DNA of 61,551 nucleotides from a virus (Duplodnaviria > Caudoviricetes). The notes beneath the pieces were generated by a model, which worked only from the letters and a program-made list of their open reading frames with translations, searched no databases and was not told the DNA's origin. The position numbers and the translations under genes are program-made. Positions 47,393 through 55,779 of this stretch are shown here, in pieces. The stretch is from the IMG/VR virus record IMGVR_UViG_3300030107_003029, positions 1-61,551 of that record; one strand, 5' to 3'. Numbering within the stretch: position 1 is the first letter of the stretch; each line of letters begins with the position of its first letter.

Positions 47393-48203
47393 AATCTTAT
47401 CACTTGGCGCAGGAGTACAAAGCTCAACTCTAGCATTAAAAATAAAACATGGAGAAATTCCTATGGTGGATGCAGCAATCTTCGCCGATGTGAAAGGAGA
47501 GCCTAAAGCCGTTTACACCTGGTTAGAGTGGTTAAAGAAACAGCTAAATTATCCTGTATATACAGTGACTTACAGAGATTTAAGGCAAGATATCCTTGAT
47601 GCTTCAGTTGGAAAATATAAAGCTTTTACCGCACCGTTCTATACTAAAAATTCAGAGACCGGGAAAAAGGGATTACTTCGTCGCCAGTGCACGGCAGATT
47701 ATAAAATAAAACCCGTCGTTAAAAAAGTTAGAGAAATGTTAGGATTAAAATGGGGAGAGAAAAGAAAGAAAGGTACCCGTGTTGAAATGATTATGGGTAT
47801 ATCTATCGATGAAGTTTTTAGAATGAAGACCAATCAAATAAAATATATTACAAATGTTTATCCATTGATTGATGAAAAGTTATCAAGGGAAGATTGTAAA
47901 AAGTGGATGAAAGAAAATGGATATCCAACACCACCTAGATCGGCTTGTACTTTTTGTCCTTATCATTCAACGGAGGAATGGTTAAATGTTAAAAAGAATC
48001 CAGAGGAATGGGCTCAAGTTGTAGCCATGGATAAAGCAATTAGGAACACGGAAAAATTTAAAGATGGTGGAAAGGCTACTAAAGTAAATGATGAATTATA
48101 TTTACATAGAAGTTGTGTACCCATTGATGAAGTAGACTTTGGTAAAGAAGATCCACAAATGGATTTATTCAATTCGGAATGCGAGGGCATGTGCGGGAAT
48201 TAG
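47373..48203 (+). CDS. PAPS-reductase-family (PP-loop, Fe-S Cys) protein, probable DNA-modification enzyme
   Basis: LSLGAGVQSS, RQCT..YKI, GIS.DE, YPL, RSACTFCPY, ECEGMC. Confidence 0.8.
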   Translation: MTAPNLRILSLGAGVQSSTLALKIKHGEIPMVDAAIFADVKGEPKAVYTWLEWLKKQLNYPVYTVTYRDLRQDILDASVGKYKAFTAPFYTKNSETGKKGLLRRQCTADYKIKPVVKKVREMLGLKWGEKRKKGTRVEMIMGISIDEVFRMKTNQIKYITNVYPLIDEKLSREDCKKWMKENGYPTPPRSACTFCPYHSTEEWLNVKKNPEEWAQVVAMDKAIRNTEKFKDGGKATKVNDELYLHRSCVPIDEVDFGKEDPQMDLFNSECEGMCGN

Positions 48204-48385
48204 TCGAAAGTATTATTGATGTTGGATCAGGATTAATTATAGCTACATTATTACAGTTATTTATCTTTCCATTCTTTGGAATGTATCCTACAGTATGGGA
48301 AAGTTTTCACATAGCCGTTATTTTTATGTGTGTATCTATGTTTAGATCTTGGTTATGGAGATTATTTTTCAGGAGGTTTAGATGA
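48179..48385 (+). CDS. Small two-TM membrane protein
   Basis: ESIIDV..G.., two hydrophobic helices. Confidence 0.6.
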   Translation: MRGHVRELVESIIDVGSGLIIATLLQLFIFPFFGMYPTVWESFHIAVIFMCVSMFRSWLWRLFFRRFR

Positions 48386-48555
48386 AAGAAGACTACCAAA
48401 CATTACTTGAAATGTGGAGAGAAGAGAAAAGTAAAAGACAGAAAGCTGAAGAAGAAATAGAAAAATTAAAAGCAGAACTTGCACGGGCTAAAGAAGATCA
48501 TCAATATGATAACCTGGTGCATCAAAAAGAATTGGAGAGGATGTTAAAGAAATGA
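48382..48555 (+). CDS. 57-aa coiled-coil protein (missed by ORF track)
   Basis: AGGAGG RBS; ATGA coupling. Confidence 0.7.
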   Translation: MKEDYQTLLEMWREEKSKRQKAEEEIEKLKAELARAKEDHQYDNLVHQKELERMLKK

Positions 48556-49232
48556 AATGGAATAAAAAATTTGAGTATCCTGAAACCGTTAGGGGAATGG
48601 TTGAAGGTTTAAGACACTACGATATTAATAACGAGAAATTACCGAGTGTTACAACGATTTTGAATAAGACTCAGACAGCCGAGAAAGCTGAAGGGTTAGC
48701 CAATTGGCGAGCTCGAGTAGGCGAGGCAGAAGCACAAAGGATCATGGACCAGGCAGCCCAACGAGGTACTGCGATGCATACCATCTTGGAACATCACATA
48801 TTGGGAAAGAATAGATTAGACTTGACAGATGTCGGTCAACAAGCCCATAAAATGGCTGATGTAGTAATTGAGAAGGGTTTAAGCCACTTAGATGAAATAT
48901 GGGGCAGTGAAGTTGCCCTTTATTACCCAGAATTGTACGCTGGTGCGACAGATTTAGTAGGGGTTTATAAAAACGCCGAAAGCATAATAGATTTTAAGCA
49001 AACAAACAAGCCCAAAAGACGAGAATGGATAGAAGATTATATGATTCAGCTTGGTGCATACGCTATGGCACACAATTATGTATATCAAACCAAGATACAA
49101 CAGGGGGTTGTGCTAATGTGTAGCAAGGATGGGTACTTCCAGGAGTTCATTGTATCCGAAAAGGAGTTCCAAAAATACCAGCATGAATGGCTTAAAAGGG
49201 TTGATTTATATTACAAAAACGCTCAAAAATAG
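48552..49232 (+). CDS. PD-(D/E)XK exonuclease (Cas4/MGME1-like)
   Basis: PSVTTIL, RGT.MH, YAG.TD, IIDFKQ, QL.AY. Confidence 0.88.
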   Translation: MKWNKKFEYPETVRGMVEGLRHYDINNEKLPSVTTILNKTQTAEKAEGLANWRARVGEAEAQRIMDQAAQRGTAMHTILEHHILGKNRLDLTDVGQQAHKMADVVIEKGLSHLDEIWGSEVALYYPELYAGATDLVGVYKNAESIIDFKQTNKPKRREWIEDYMIQLGAYAMAHNYVYQTKIQQGVVLMCSKDGYFQEFIVSEKEFQKYQHEWLKRVDLYYKNAQK

Positions 49233-49298
49233 TCTGTATACTCTACAGATTATAAAATAAAAAAATAAAAAATTTTTTTTTAAAAAGGTACTTTCCGG

Positions 49299-49426
49299 TA
49301 TACAAATGCTAGAAGTAAGCAATACCAACGCTTATTCGCTCAAATTTGTATCCAAATTTGTATACCGCAAATATACAAATTCTAGAATCCTTATATACCA
49401 ACGCTTATTCATCGAAATTTGTATCC
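49299..49426. repeat. Two 55-bp direct repeats at 73-bp period after an A/T tract; candidate replication origin
   Basis: ataccaacgcttattc-NNNN-aaatttgtatcc at 49322 and 49395; tacaaat/atttgta inverted pairs. Confidence 0.7.
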
Positions 49427-49519
49427 GGAGGGTTTTTCAGCGTAGCTGTCTAGGGGACGCGCGCACGGAAAAGGGTTTCAAAAATATTTCATTTTCAAAT
49501 TATCAGTGTATACTAGGGC

Positions 49520-49813
49520 ATGCCTAAAAAACGAAAACTCAATATCTCATCTAGAGAACCAAACCCGATTCCATTTACTAAATACAGAGTAGACTGGATC
49601 GACATCGTTAGTGATTCGGGCTGGGCTGAAGAAAAAGAATTTAATAAGATGAAACTATCAACACCTGTCAATGAAGGTTGGCTTTACTCTAAAGATAAAA
49701 ACTCTATTAAGTTGTTTGCTTCTTATGATCGGGATGAGGATGGCTCTCTGACTTTTGGGGATCGGACGATGATTCCTCTTTCTTGCGTGAAGAAGATGAT
49801 AAAGATTTCATAG
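49520..49813 (+). CDS. Conserved phage hypothetical protein
   Basis: V.W.DI.SDSGW...GW...IP..CV. Confidence 0.75.
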   Translation: MPKKRKLNISSREPNPIPFTKYRVDWIDIVSDSGWAEEKEFNKMKLSTPVNEGWLYSKDKNSIKLFASYDRDEDGSLTFGDRTMIPLSCVKKMIKIS

Positions 49814-50285
49814 GTGCGGCTAATTCTTTTTTAACTTTCTTTAATTCCGTTTCTTCATCATAGATAACTTTCATTTTTGTTCTAAGTTCTTCGGTTGTAA
49901 GATCATCTAACTTGCCTGTACGCATTTCAGTTCTGTTAATATATAGATCTGACGCTTTACCTCTTAACTCTTCTGCTCTAATTGCCGCTTGCATGTTGCC
50001 TTTCTTTTCAGATTTAATCCCTAGATTTCCGAGTCTTGCTACGTGGTTTTCGTAGTTGACTTCAAACTTTGAAAGCTTGTCTCTTCTGAGTTCCGTCAGG
50101 TAGGCTACTACCTTTGGATATTTCTTATAGTTCTGTAGTTCTGAAGCTGTGAATCTAGCTCTATCTACGCTGTATCCTGCTTGAATTGCGGCTTCCGTTC
50201 CTGTGACTGGTCCTTCTTTACCGCCATAAACCAGGATTTCGCAGAATTTCATCTGCATTTCTGTTAATCTACTTGGTACTCCCAT
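49707..50285 (-). CDS. terS: Terminase small subunit
   Basis: LTEMQ.KF...T.AAIQAGYS..A...ASEL....P.V..Y; AAIRAEELRGK. Confidence 0.8.
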   Translation of the reverse strand: MGVPSRLTEMQMKFCEILVYGGKEGPVTGTEAAIQAGYSVDRARFTASELQNYKKYPKVVAYLTELRRDKLSKFEVNYENHVARLGNLGIKSEKKGNMQAAIRAEELRGKASDLYINRTEMRTGKLDDLTTEELRTKMKVIYDEETELKKVKKELAAPMKSLSSSSRKKEESSSDPQKSESHPHPDHKKQTT

Positions 50286-50322
50286 ACTTGCAATATATCC
50301 TATATAGTTTATAAATCAATAT

Positions 50323-50550
50323 ATGACAGGAAAGGAATTAGCACAAGTATTAAACAAGTTCTTAAAATCGCCTGTAGCTCAAAATGCTAGGGTTCAAATT
50401 GAAATGCCCAATGGCGAAATGCTTGATGTCTATGAGATACAACTCTTAGAGAATAGACTTATAGGCGACCGGGATACCCACCGAATTAACATCAAAGGCC
50501 AGGCTAAATTAGGCACTTGGAAGATGGGTAAAATAATTGGAAAATTATAA
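50323..50550 (+). CDS. Hypothetical protein
   Basis: Divergent from terS, promoter-like upstream. Confidence 0.7.
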   Translation: MTGKELAQVLNKFLKSPVAQNARVQIEMPNGEMLDVYEIQLLENRLIGDRDTHRINIKGQAKLGTWKMGKIIGKL

Positions 50551-50559
50551 ATTATCTTC

Positions 50560-50590
50560 TTGACATTTAAGTCATAAAATCCCATATTAT
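50560..50590 (+). promoter_or_regulatory. Promoter with TTGACA and TCATAAAATCCCATA box
   Basis: 15-bp box identical to that in the minus-strand promoter at 53008-53036. Confidence 0.65.
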
Positions 50591-50611
50591 CTGAATGAAA
50601 GGAAAAATAAT

Positions 50612-50878
50612 ATGAGCAGTCATAGTTACGAAACAGAATGTCCAAATTGTTCAAAAGAAATGACAAGTTGCCAGGAAAGTAAACCGATAGATTATACTAC
50701 TAGCGAATGTGTAAATTGTGGTTTCTATGTAGTGGCAAGAAGTGGATTTATGTCATTAGCAGATTTAAATGAAGCAAGAGGTCATTTTGATGAAAAACCA
50801 TTAAAGGAACTACCTAAACAAGACAAGAGTCTTTTTAATTTTGTTCCTGAATTATATGAATCAATGGAAGGTAAATAA
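50612..50878 (+). CDS. Zinc-ribbon hypothetical protein
   Basis: CPNC...CVNCG; GAAAGGA RBS. Confidence 0.7.
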   Translation: MSSHSYETECPNCSKEMTSCQESKPIDYTTSECVNCGFYVVARSGFMSLADLNEARGHFDEKPLKELPKQDKSLFNFVPELYESMEGK

Positions 50879-51060
50879 TGAAAAATAAATACTTATACAA
50901 AGTAGAAAGAGAACGAGTTGTTACTGATTGGTGGTATGTGGAAGCCTACGATGAAGTGGAGGCAAAAATTAAAGCGTTTGCTTCAGAAGTAGATGACTCT
51001 GATTATGGTAATAATATTAAAGTAATAGCAGAAAGATTGGAGGAGATTAATGAAAAATAA
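50878..51060 (+). CDS. Hypothetical protein
   Basis: TAATG coupling. Confidence 0.65.
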   Translation: MKNKYLYKVERERVVTDWWYVEAYDEVEAKIKAFASEVDDSDYGNNIKVIAERLEEINEK

Positions 51061-51466
51061 AATCAAACTTACAGGTGTAGAACTTAATTGTATTGAGATT
51101 GCAGTACAACATCATATAGATGAGTTAGAGGATGCACTTGCAGATACAGGTACAGGTTGGAAATCTGCCTATAAAAAAGATGAATATAAATCTTTAAAGG
51201 AAAGATTAAAAGCAACCAAATCAGTTAAAGATAAATTATGGAATCTTAGTGGATTGATAGATGATTTAGAACAATCACATTATCCTGTAACAGCACAACA
51301 AGTTGCTAAATTTACAGACACTTATGATTACGGGGATTCTGATTCCTGGATTGCAGATATTCTTAATGCAGAGGTAAATATACCTAAATTAAGACATGCA
51401 ATAAGAGGCTTGGATGAAAAAAATCCAGGCGATGTAAAATATTTATATAGAAAGGAGGTAGAATAA
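51050..51466 (+). CDS. Hypothetical protein
   Basis: GGAGG RBS. Confidence 0.7.
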   Translation: MKNKIKLTGVELNCIEIAVQHHIDELEDALADTGTGWKSAYKKDEYKSLKERLKATKSVKDKLWNLSGLIDDLEQSHYPVTAQQVAKFTDTYDYGDSDSWIADILNAEVNIPKLRHAIRGLDEKNPGDVKYLYRKEVE

Positions 51467-51735
51467 TGGAATATCAATTACTAAAAAGAACTAAATATTC
51501 AGGAAGTACTCCTGATAGTTTAGTACATCAGAAAACTTCAAAGACTCTTAGGAAAGCTATTGAGTATAAAATAGCCCTAGAGAACTTGTTAGAAGATTAT
51601 GAAAAAGACAGAGCATCTTTTGAAATCTGCATTAAATTAGATGATGCATTCAAATATGTGACAGAAGGTTCTGAAAAATTAGATAAAGAAGAACCTGAAG
51701 AAGAAGTTAAAGACGATAAAATTGTAAATTTCTAA
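51466..51735 (+). CDS. Hypothetical protein
   Basis: AGGAGG RBS, coupling. Confidence 0.7.
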   Translation: MEYQLLKRTKYSGSTPDSLVHQKTSKTLRKAIEYKIALENLLEDYEKDRASFEICIKLDDAFKYVTEGSEKLDKEEPEEEVKDDKIVNF

Positions 51736-51779
51736 AAAACTTCTAGCCAAATGACTTCGGTTGTGTTACTGCAAAAAAG

Positions 51780-52162
51780 TGGTACGACCGGAGTCAAAAT
51801 TATATGCAGATCTTAAAAAAATCACTCCACAAATTAAGTGGACACGCCTTGAAAATTGGGCTTTATTTGGCACTCCTGACCTATTGGGCTATTCTCCTAA
51901 TCACAACTTTTTTACAGTAGAGTTAAAAGTAACAAAACGCAACAAAGTGGCTATATCCCCGCACCAGGTTGCGTGGCATATGAGCCATGGTCCTGGCACC
52001 TTCGTGCTTGTGCGTTCTTTAGATAAAAAAAATAAAAAAAATTTTAATTGCTATCTTTACCCTGGTTCCCGGATCCTGGAACTGGTTGAACTGGGTTTGA
52101 ACCTTGAACCGCTGGTTCTTGGTTCGCTTGAGGATTGTGCTTGTCACCTGCGTGATCTCTAG
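51780..52162 (+). CDS. VRR-NUC/Holliday-junction resolvase-like nuclease (start approximate)
   Basis: ES.LY..L, RLE, GTPDL, VELK, SPHQ..W. Confidence 0.78.
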
Positions 52163-52227
52163 CTTGTGCCTGTAGTCTAGAGGGAGGGGGTGGGGGGGAT
52201 TCAGCTTGAGCCTGTGCTTGTAGTCTA
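52162..52227 (+). repeat. GCYTGTGCBTGTAGTCTA repeat family, cluster 1 (52162, 52210)
   Basis: Direct observation. Confidence 0.85.
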
Positions 52228-52299
52228 GCTTGTGCTTTTAACTTTTTCCAATAGTTTGGGTGTTTCCAAGTGAATGACATAGTAACCGGTCCTGGTTGC

Positions 52300-52905
52300 T
52301 TAGTGCTTGCCGTACTTAACATGTTTAACGGCAGGATTCCAGCAAGCTCTACAGCTTAGACACTTTCCGCCTTGCTTTGGTGCCGGGCAGGTCTCGCTGC
52401 CGTCAGTCACCACGCTACTGCTGTGCGTCCAGGCCTTGGGCTCTGGTCCGTTGATCTTGGAACTTGACAACCTAATGACCAAATTGGCAGGGACTTCTCC
52501 CGGGTCAATTGCCATCAAATATTGTCGCTCTTGAGTTGGCAACCAGTGCCGGGTCCCTGGTGTGTTGTTGCATACTTCGAAGATCTGGCGCAGGTGCTCA
52601 ACGCTCTGGATGTCTCCGGCATCGTGCCACCTGAAGACTTCAAAGCCTGTGACCAATGCCGTCATAGCATCAACCCACAGTGGATTTTCCAGGCTGTCTA
52701 GCCTTCTGTATTGGGCTGCCTTAATTGCTGGATATCTTGCGTAGTTGCCTTTAAAGGCATAACAGCCAAAGCAGGGCGTGCCCGGGATCTTCCGTAGCTT
52801 TGCACCTGTTTGGCACATGTCCGCTGGCAAGCTGTAACTAAAGCCCGGCATTTTGCTGGTACGCGTTAGCCCGTGGACTATTTTTTTAGCGTCTTTTTTT
52901 AACAT
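52300..52905 (-). CDS. GP88-family (radical-SAM-like Cys) protein
   Basis: SKMPG.S.SLPA..C..G......C..CYA, FRWHDAGD, HWLPT, C..C.ACW. Confidence 0.8.
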   Translation of the reverse strand: MLKKDAKKIVHGLTRTSKMPGFSYSLPADMCQTGAKLRKIPGTPCFGCYAFKGNYARYPAIKAAQYRRLDSLENPLWVDAMTALVTGFEVFRWHDAGDIQSVEHLRQIFEVCNNTPGTRHWLPTQERQYLMAIDPGEVPANLVIRLSSSKINGPEPKAWTHSSSVVTDGSETCPAPKQGGKCLSCRACWNPAVKHVKYGKH

Positions 52906-52928
52906 TTTTTATATTCTCACTTTCTAAA

Positions 52929-53001
52929 GACCAGGGCAATACCGAACTGCAAAGCTGTTCTGGACTATTGCTGCTAAATATCTTTAGCTCCGTGCCTGAT
53001 C
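52929..53001 (-). ncRNA. 73-nt three-way-junction RNA starting at predicted +1 of a consensus promoter
   Basis: P1 GAUCAGG/CCUGGUC, P2 GCUAAA-GAUA-UUUAGC, P3 GCAAUA/UAUUGC with extension. Confidence 0.55.
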
Positions 53002-53007
53002 AAATTC

Positions 53008-53036
53008 TTTATATATGGGATTTTATGAACTGTCAA
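53008..53036 (-). promoter_or_regulatory. Promoter TTGACA-gttcataaaatcccata-TATAAA
   Basis: Consensus with 17-nt spacer. Confidence 0.8.
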
Positions 53037-53050
53037 ATAAAAAATTACTA

Positions 53051-53552
53051 CGCGAGCCGGGCTTCCGGCGTGGCGCTCGCTTGTGCTTGTAGTCTAAAAA
53101 AATAAAAAAATTTTACAGATTAAGTGCGTGAGCCCTGTAGCAGCCAACTGGGTCCGCTGTGTGCTTGTGCTTGTAGTCTAAATAAAAAATAAAAAAAAAT
53201 AGCAGAAACATCACGCAACGGAACCAGATCTGCTTGTGCGTTCTGCGTGAGGCACGCAAAAAATGGAGGTCCAGCTAGGTCGTTCTGCGTGAGAAGGTGA
53301 TGAGGTGCGTGGTGGTCCCTGCCGGTTGCTGTGTGTTTCTGCGTAAGAAGGTGATAAGGTGCGTGGCGCTCACGGGCGCTTGCTTGTGTGTTTTGCTCCA
53401 AAACTTCAGTTATCAGGCGTGAGGTACGCATAGGTCCCTGAGCTGTGCTAGGTGTTTCTGCTTGTGCGTTGAATTTTTTCATAGTTTATTGTCGTGAGTT
53501 AAGCAATTACCAATGTGGTTGCTTGTGCGTTTCTGCTTGTGCCTGTGCCTTA
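53051..53552 (+). repeat. Repeat-rich non-coding block: GCTTGTGCTTGTAGTCTA (53079, 53163), many GCTTGTGC, 30-bp repeat at 53283/53337
   Basis: Direct observation; phased A-tracts. Confidence 0.85.
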
Positions 53553-53574
53553 AACATAAAAATAAAAAATAAAA

Positions 53575-53600
53575 CCCCTACAATCAAAGATTGTAGGGGG
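53575..53600. terminator. Hairpin cccctacaatc-aaa-gattgtagggg, U-rich tail on minus strand
   Basis: 11-bp perfect stem. Confidence 0.7.
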
Positions 53601-53780
53601 TAGAAAGGTGCGAAAGGGCAACACCCGATATTTTATATGGTTTCGCCATCTTTCCCTATTTAAAGGGTTTTAGTTGCCTTTAGGTCTTTCACAATATCCT
53701 ATATAATAACATTTTATTTTTTTTCAATATTTGATATAAGAATAGTGCAAATCAATTTAACGATTTGCAGAAAGGTAAAA

Positions 53781-54761
53781 ATGGCTAGAGTGAAAAATAA
53801 TAATGAGTATCGTACAAAGGTCGGAAACCTTATGCGAAACGCATTAGAGAGTAATCCTAACAATAAAAAAATGTTAGATTATTCAAACACACTAGAGCAA
53901 GTCAAAGTAGATTATAAAAACTATTTTGACAAAGCAAAAACGATTGTCAAAAGGGCATATCCAAAAGAACATTGCGATACTTTGCAGTATTTCAAAGGTT
54001 TGTATGGAAGTCCTTGTGATGTTGTTGCTGATGATAAGTGCTACTACTTTGCCTATACTGATGAAGATAGTGTAGATGAAGATGGGCAACCTATTCAAAA
54101 TCAAAAACATTTTGATTTTAGAATAAATGGTAGTCTAAATGGTAGTGAGTATAATCACAATAACGAGTTTGCTTATGCGTATTTTCGTGATGAGATGAAA
54201 GCAAATAATCTCAACGCAGATATAAACATAGAGCAAGAGGACAATCAAAACAATCCACACTTACAAAAACATACTGACGCAAACAATAAGTTTTTGGGAT
54301 TAAGTAATCGTAGCGAGGATAATGTAAGTCTTGCTAGAGAATTTAATGACCAATTCTGTTGTGATGTAATCGGTACGAGTTATTGTAGGTCAAGGGCTAT
54401 TGCTTGTACTAAAGATGAATTTTTAGAAATGGAAAAATTTCTAATGATGAAATCTGAATTAGTACGAACTCATAGAGATTGGATAAAAAGTGTCGTTGAT
54501 GATATGAAAGATATCAAAGGGGCATTAAAATCTTATCGTTATCTTGATGAGGCAATAGAACTTGCTAACTCAACATTTGAGGCATTAGGTCTTGATACTA
54601 GACTTGAAGAAAGTCAAATTATCAGAACTAATTCCACAGGATTAACTTTATATAATCCTGAAAATGTTGCGTCTAGGATTGCAGAAAGACATAAAGCGAA
54701 AATGACAAGAGAGGAAAAAATCGCTTTATTTAAACAATCTCAATCTAGTGTTATGAACTAG
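53781..54761 (+). CDS. First early gene, hypothetical (start ATG 53781)
   Basis: AGAAAGGTAAAA-ATG RBS; IGTSYC.SR.I.C motif. Confidence 0.8.
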   Translation: MARVKNNNEYRTKVGNLMRNALESNPNNKKMLDYSNTLEQVKVDYKNYFDKAKTIVKRAYPKEHCDTLQYFKGLYGSPCDVVADDKCYYFAYTDEDSVDEDGQPIQNQKHFDFRINGSLNGSEYNHNNEFAYAYFRDEMKANNLNADINIEQEDNQNNPHLQKHTDANNKFLGLSNRSEDNVSLAREFNDQFCCDVIGTSYCRSRAIACTKDEFLEMEKFLMMKSELVRTHRDWIKSVVDDMKDIKGALKSYRYLDEAIELANSTFEALGLDTRLEESQIIRTNSTGLTLYNPENVASRIAERHKAKMTREEKIALFKQSQSSVMN

Positions 54762-54771
54762 GTTGAAATAA

Positions 54772-54799
54772 GTTAGGGGGAGTATATACTCCCCTTAAC
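54772..54799. other. Intergenic hairpin gttagggggagt/actccccttaac
   Basis: Near-perfect inverted repeat just before RBS. Confidence 0.55.
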
Positions 54800-54811
54800 A
54801 GAAAGGTAAAA

Positions 54812-54979
54812 ATGAGAACACAAATAAGCGACTATGAACTGATTACTTTCTTTAATAATCTAAAAGAGATTATTCAAGCACAGAAAGAACTTAATCATGT
54901 TCTTGCAAAAAGAATAACTAATCTTGAAAATAGATTAGAAAAACTAGAACAAAAAGAAAGGGGTCAAGATGTTGTTTAA
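54812..54979 (+). CDS. 55-aa coiled-coil early protein (missed by ORF track)
   Basis: Same cagaaaggtaaaaATG leader as 53781. Confidence 0.75.
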   Translation: MRTQISDYELITFFNNLKEIIQAQKELNHVLAKRITNLENRLEKLEQKERGQDVV

Positions 54980-55304
54980 GAGAGGCGATAGATTTACTCT
55001 AGTTGTTAAAAACGACACGCATAATGGTAATCCGAATAAATTTACTATGTTGCGTTATGGTATTTTTGATAAACAAAGTAAATTTCTAGTTTCCAAAAAC
55101 CAATTAACTTTTTTTGATACGACTAGAAAGGATTATCGTCGTATGAAATTGTCTAATATTTTTGGAATAACAAATATTACTAGGTTAGATGAAGAACAAG
55201 AAAATCAAACACCTACAAATATTTGTAGAGCAAAAACTTGCAACAATTCTTTGATGGGGTGGACTTCAAAATCTGACCCAAGATATTGTGAGGATTGTCT
55301 ATGA
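54969..55304 (+). CDS. Early hypothetical protein with C-terminal Cys cluster
   Basis: FFD....YR motif; C...C...C..C. Confidence 0.7.
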   Translation: MLFKRGDRFTLVVKNDTHNGNPNKFTMLRYGIFDKQSKFLVSKNQLTFFDTTRKDYRRMKLSNIFGITNITRLDEEQENQTPTNICRAKTCNNSLMGWTSKSDPRYCEDCL

Positions 55305-55429
55305 TACCTTTAGAAATAAAAGTAATTATTCTCGCTACTTTAGTGATGGGAATATTGTTGTACCTTGATGAACGCAAGATAAAAAAAGAAAGACAAAGGC
55401 AAGAAAGGTTGAACAAGATAAAATGGTAG
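55301..55429 (+). CDS. 42-aa TM peptide (missed by ORF track)
   Basis: ATGA coupling, GAGG. Confidence 0.55.
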   Translation: MIPLEIKVIILATLVMGILLYLDERKIKKERQRQERLNKIKW

Positions 55430-55710
55430 AAAAAAATATCTGTCAAAACCCTAAATGTTTTGAAAGTCATACAAAGGATAGGTGGAATAAAAAAATAGGT
55501 AGGTATCAATCAAGAAAGGCATATTTTAAACCTAACCATACAAATCGCTATGGTTATTCTTGCTCTATCCTTGAATTTTTTTGTACAACAAGTTGTGCGA
55601 ATACATGGCTAGAGGATAATCTTGAAAACATCATTGAACGAAAACATTGTCCGAATAAAATAGTTGAAAAATTAAATGGAATAACAAGAGAGCAAGGTCT
55701 AGTAGATTAA
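55423..55710 (+). CDS. Early Cys-containing hypothetical protein
   Basis: CQNPKC...FCTTSC. Confidence 0.7.
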   Translation: MVEKNICQNPKCFESHTKDRWNKKIGRYQSRKAYFKPNHTNRYGYSCSILEFFCTTSCANTWLEDNLENIIERKHCPNKIVEKLNGITREQGLVD

Positions 55711-55725
55711 GGTAATTGGACTTTT

Positions 55726-55761
55726 AAACGACAAGCGAGAAATCGCTTGTCGTTTTTTTTT
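55726..55761 (+). terminator. Intrinsic terminator
   Basis: aaacgacaagcga-gaaa-tcgcttgtcgttt + long T tract. Confidence 0.9.
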
Positions 55762-55779
55762 GCGTGTTTTGTAAAAATC

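Noticed and set aside
49306-49527. 73-aa ORF over the repeat region
   Set aside because: No RBS; the region is better explained as a DNA element
52929-53001. tRNA or hammerhead ribozyme
   Set aside because: Only two internal arms, no anticodon/T-loop geometry; no CUGAnGA/GAAA core. I saw no tRNA anywhere in the window
53120-53482. Minus-strand ORF with QAQA/HHLLTQ repeats (also 52044..52322)
   Set aside because: Peptide repeats are just the translation of the DNA repeat family; no convincing RBS
53051-53552. CRISPR mini-array
   Set aside because: Repeat lengths and spacing are irregular, copies are dispersed in pairs, and there are no cas genes; the Cas4-like nuclease is an ordinary phage exonuclease
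53613-53681. c-di-GMP-I riboswitch
   Set aside because: Only superficial GGCAA/GAAA resemblance; consensus order not met
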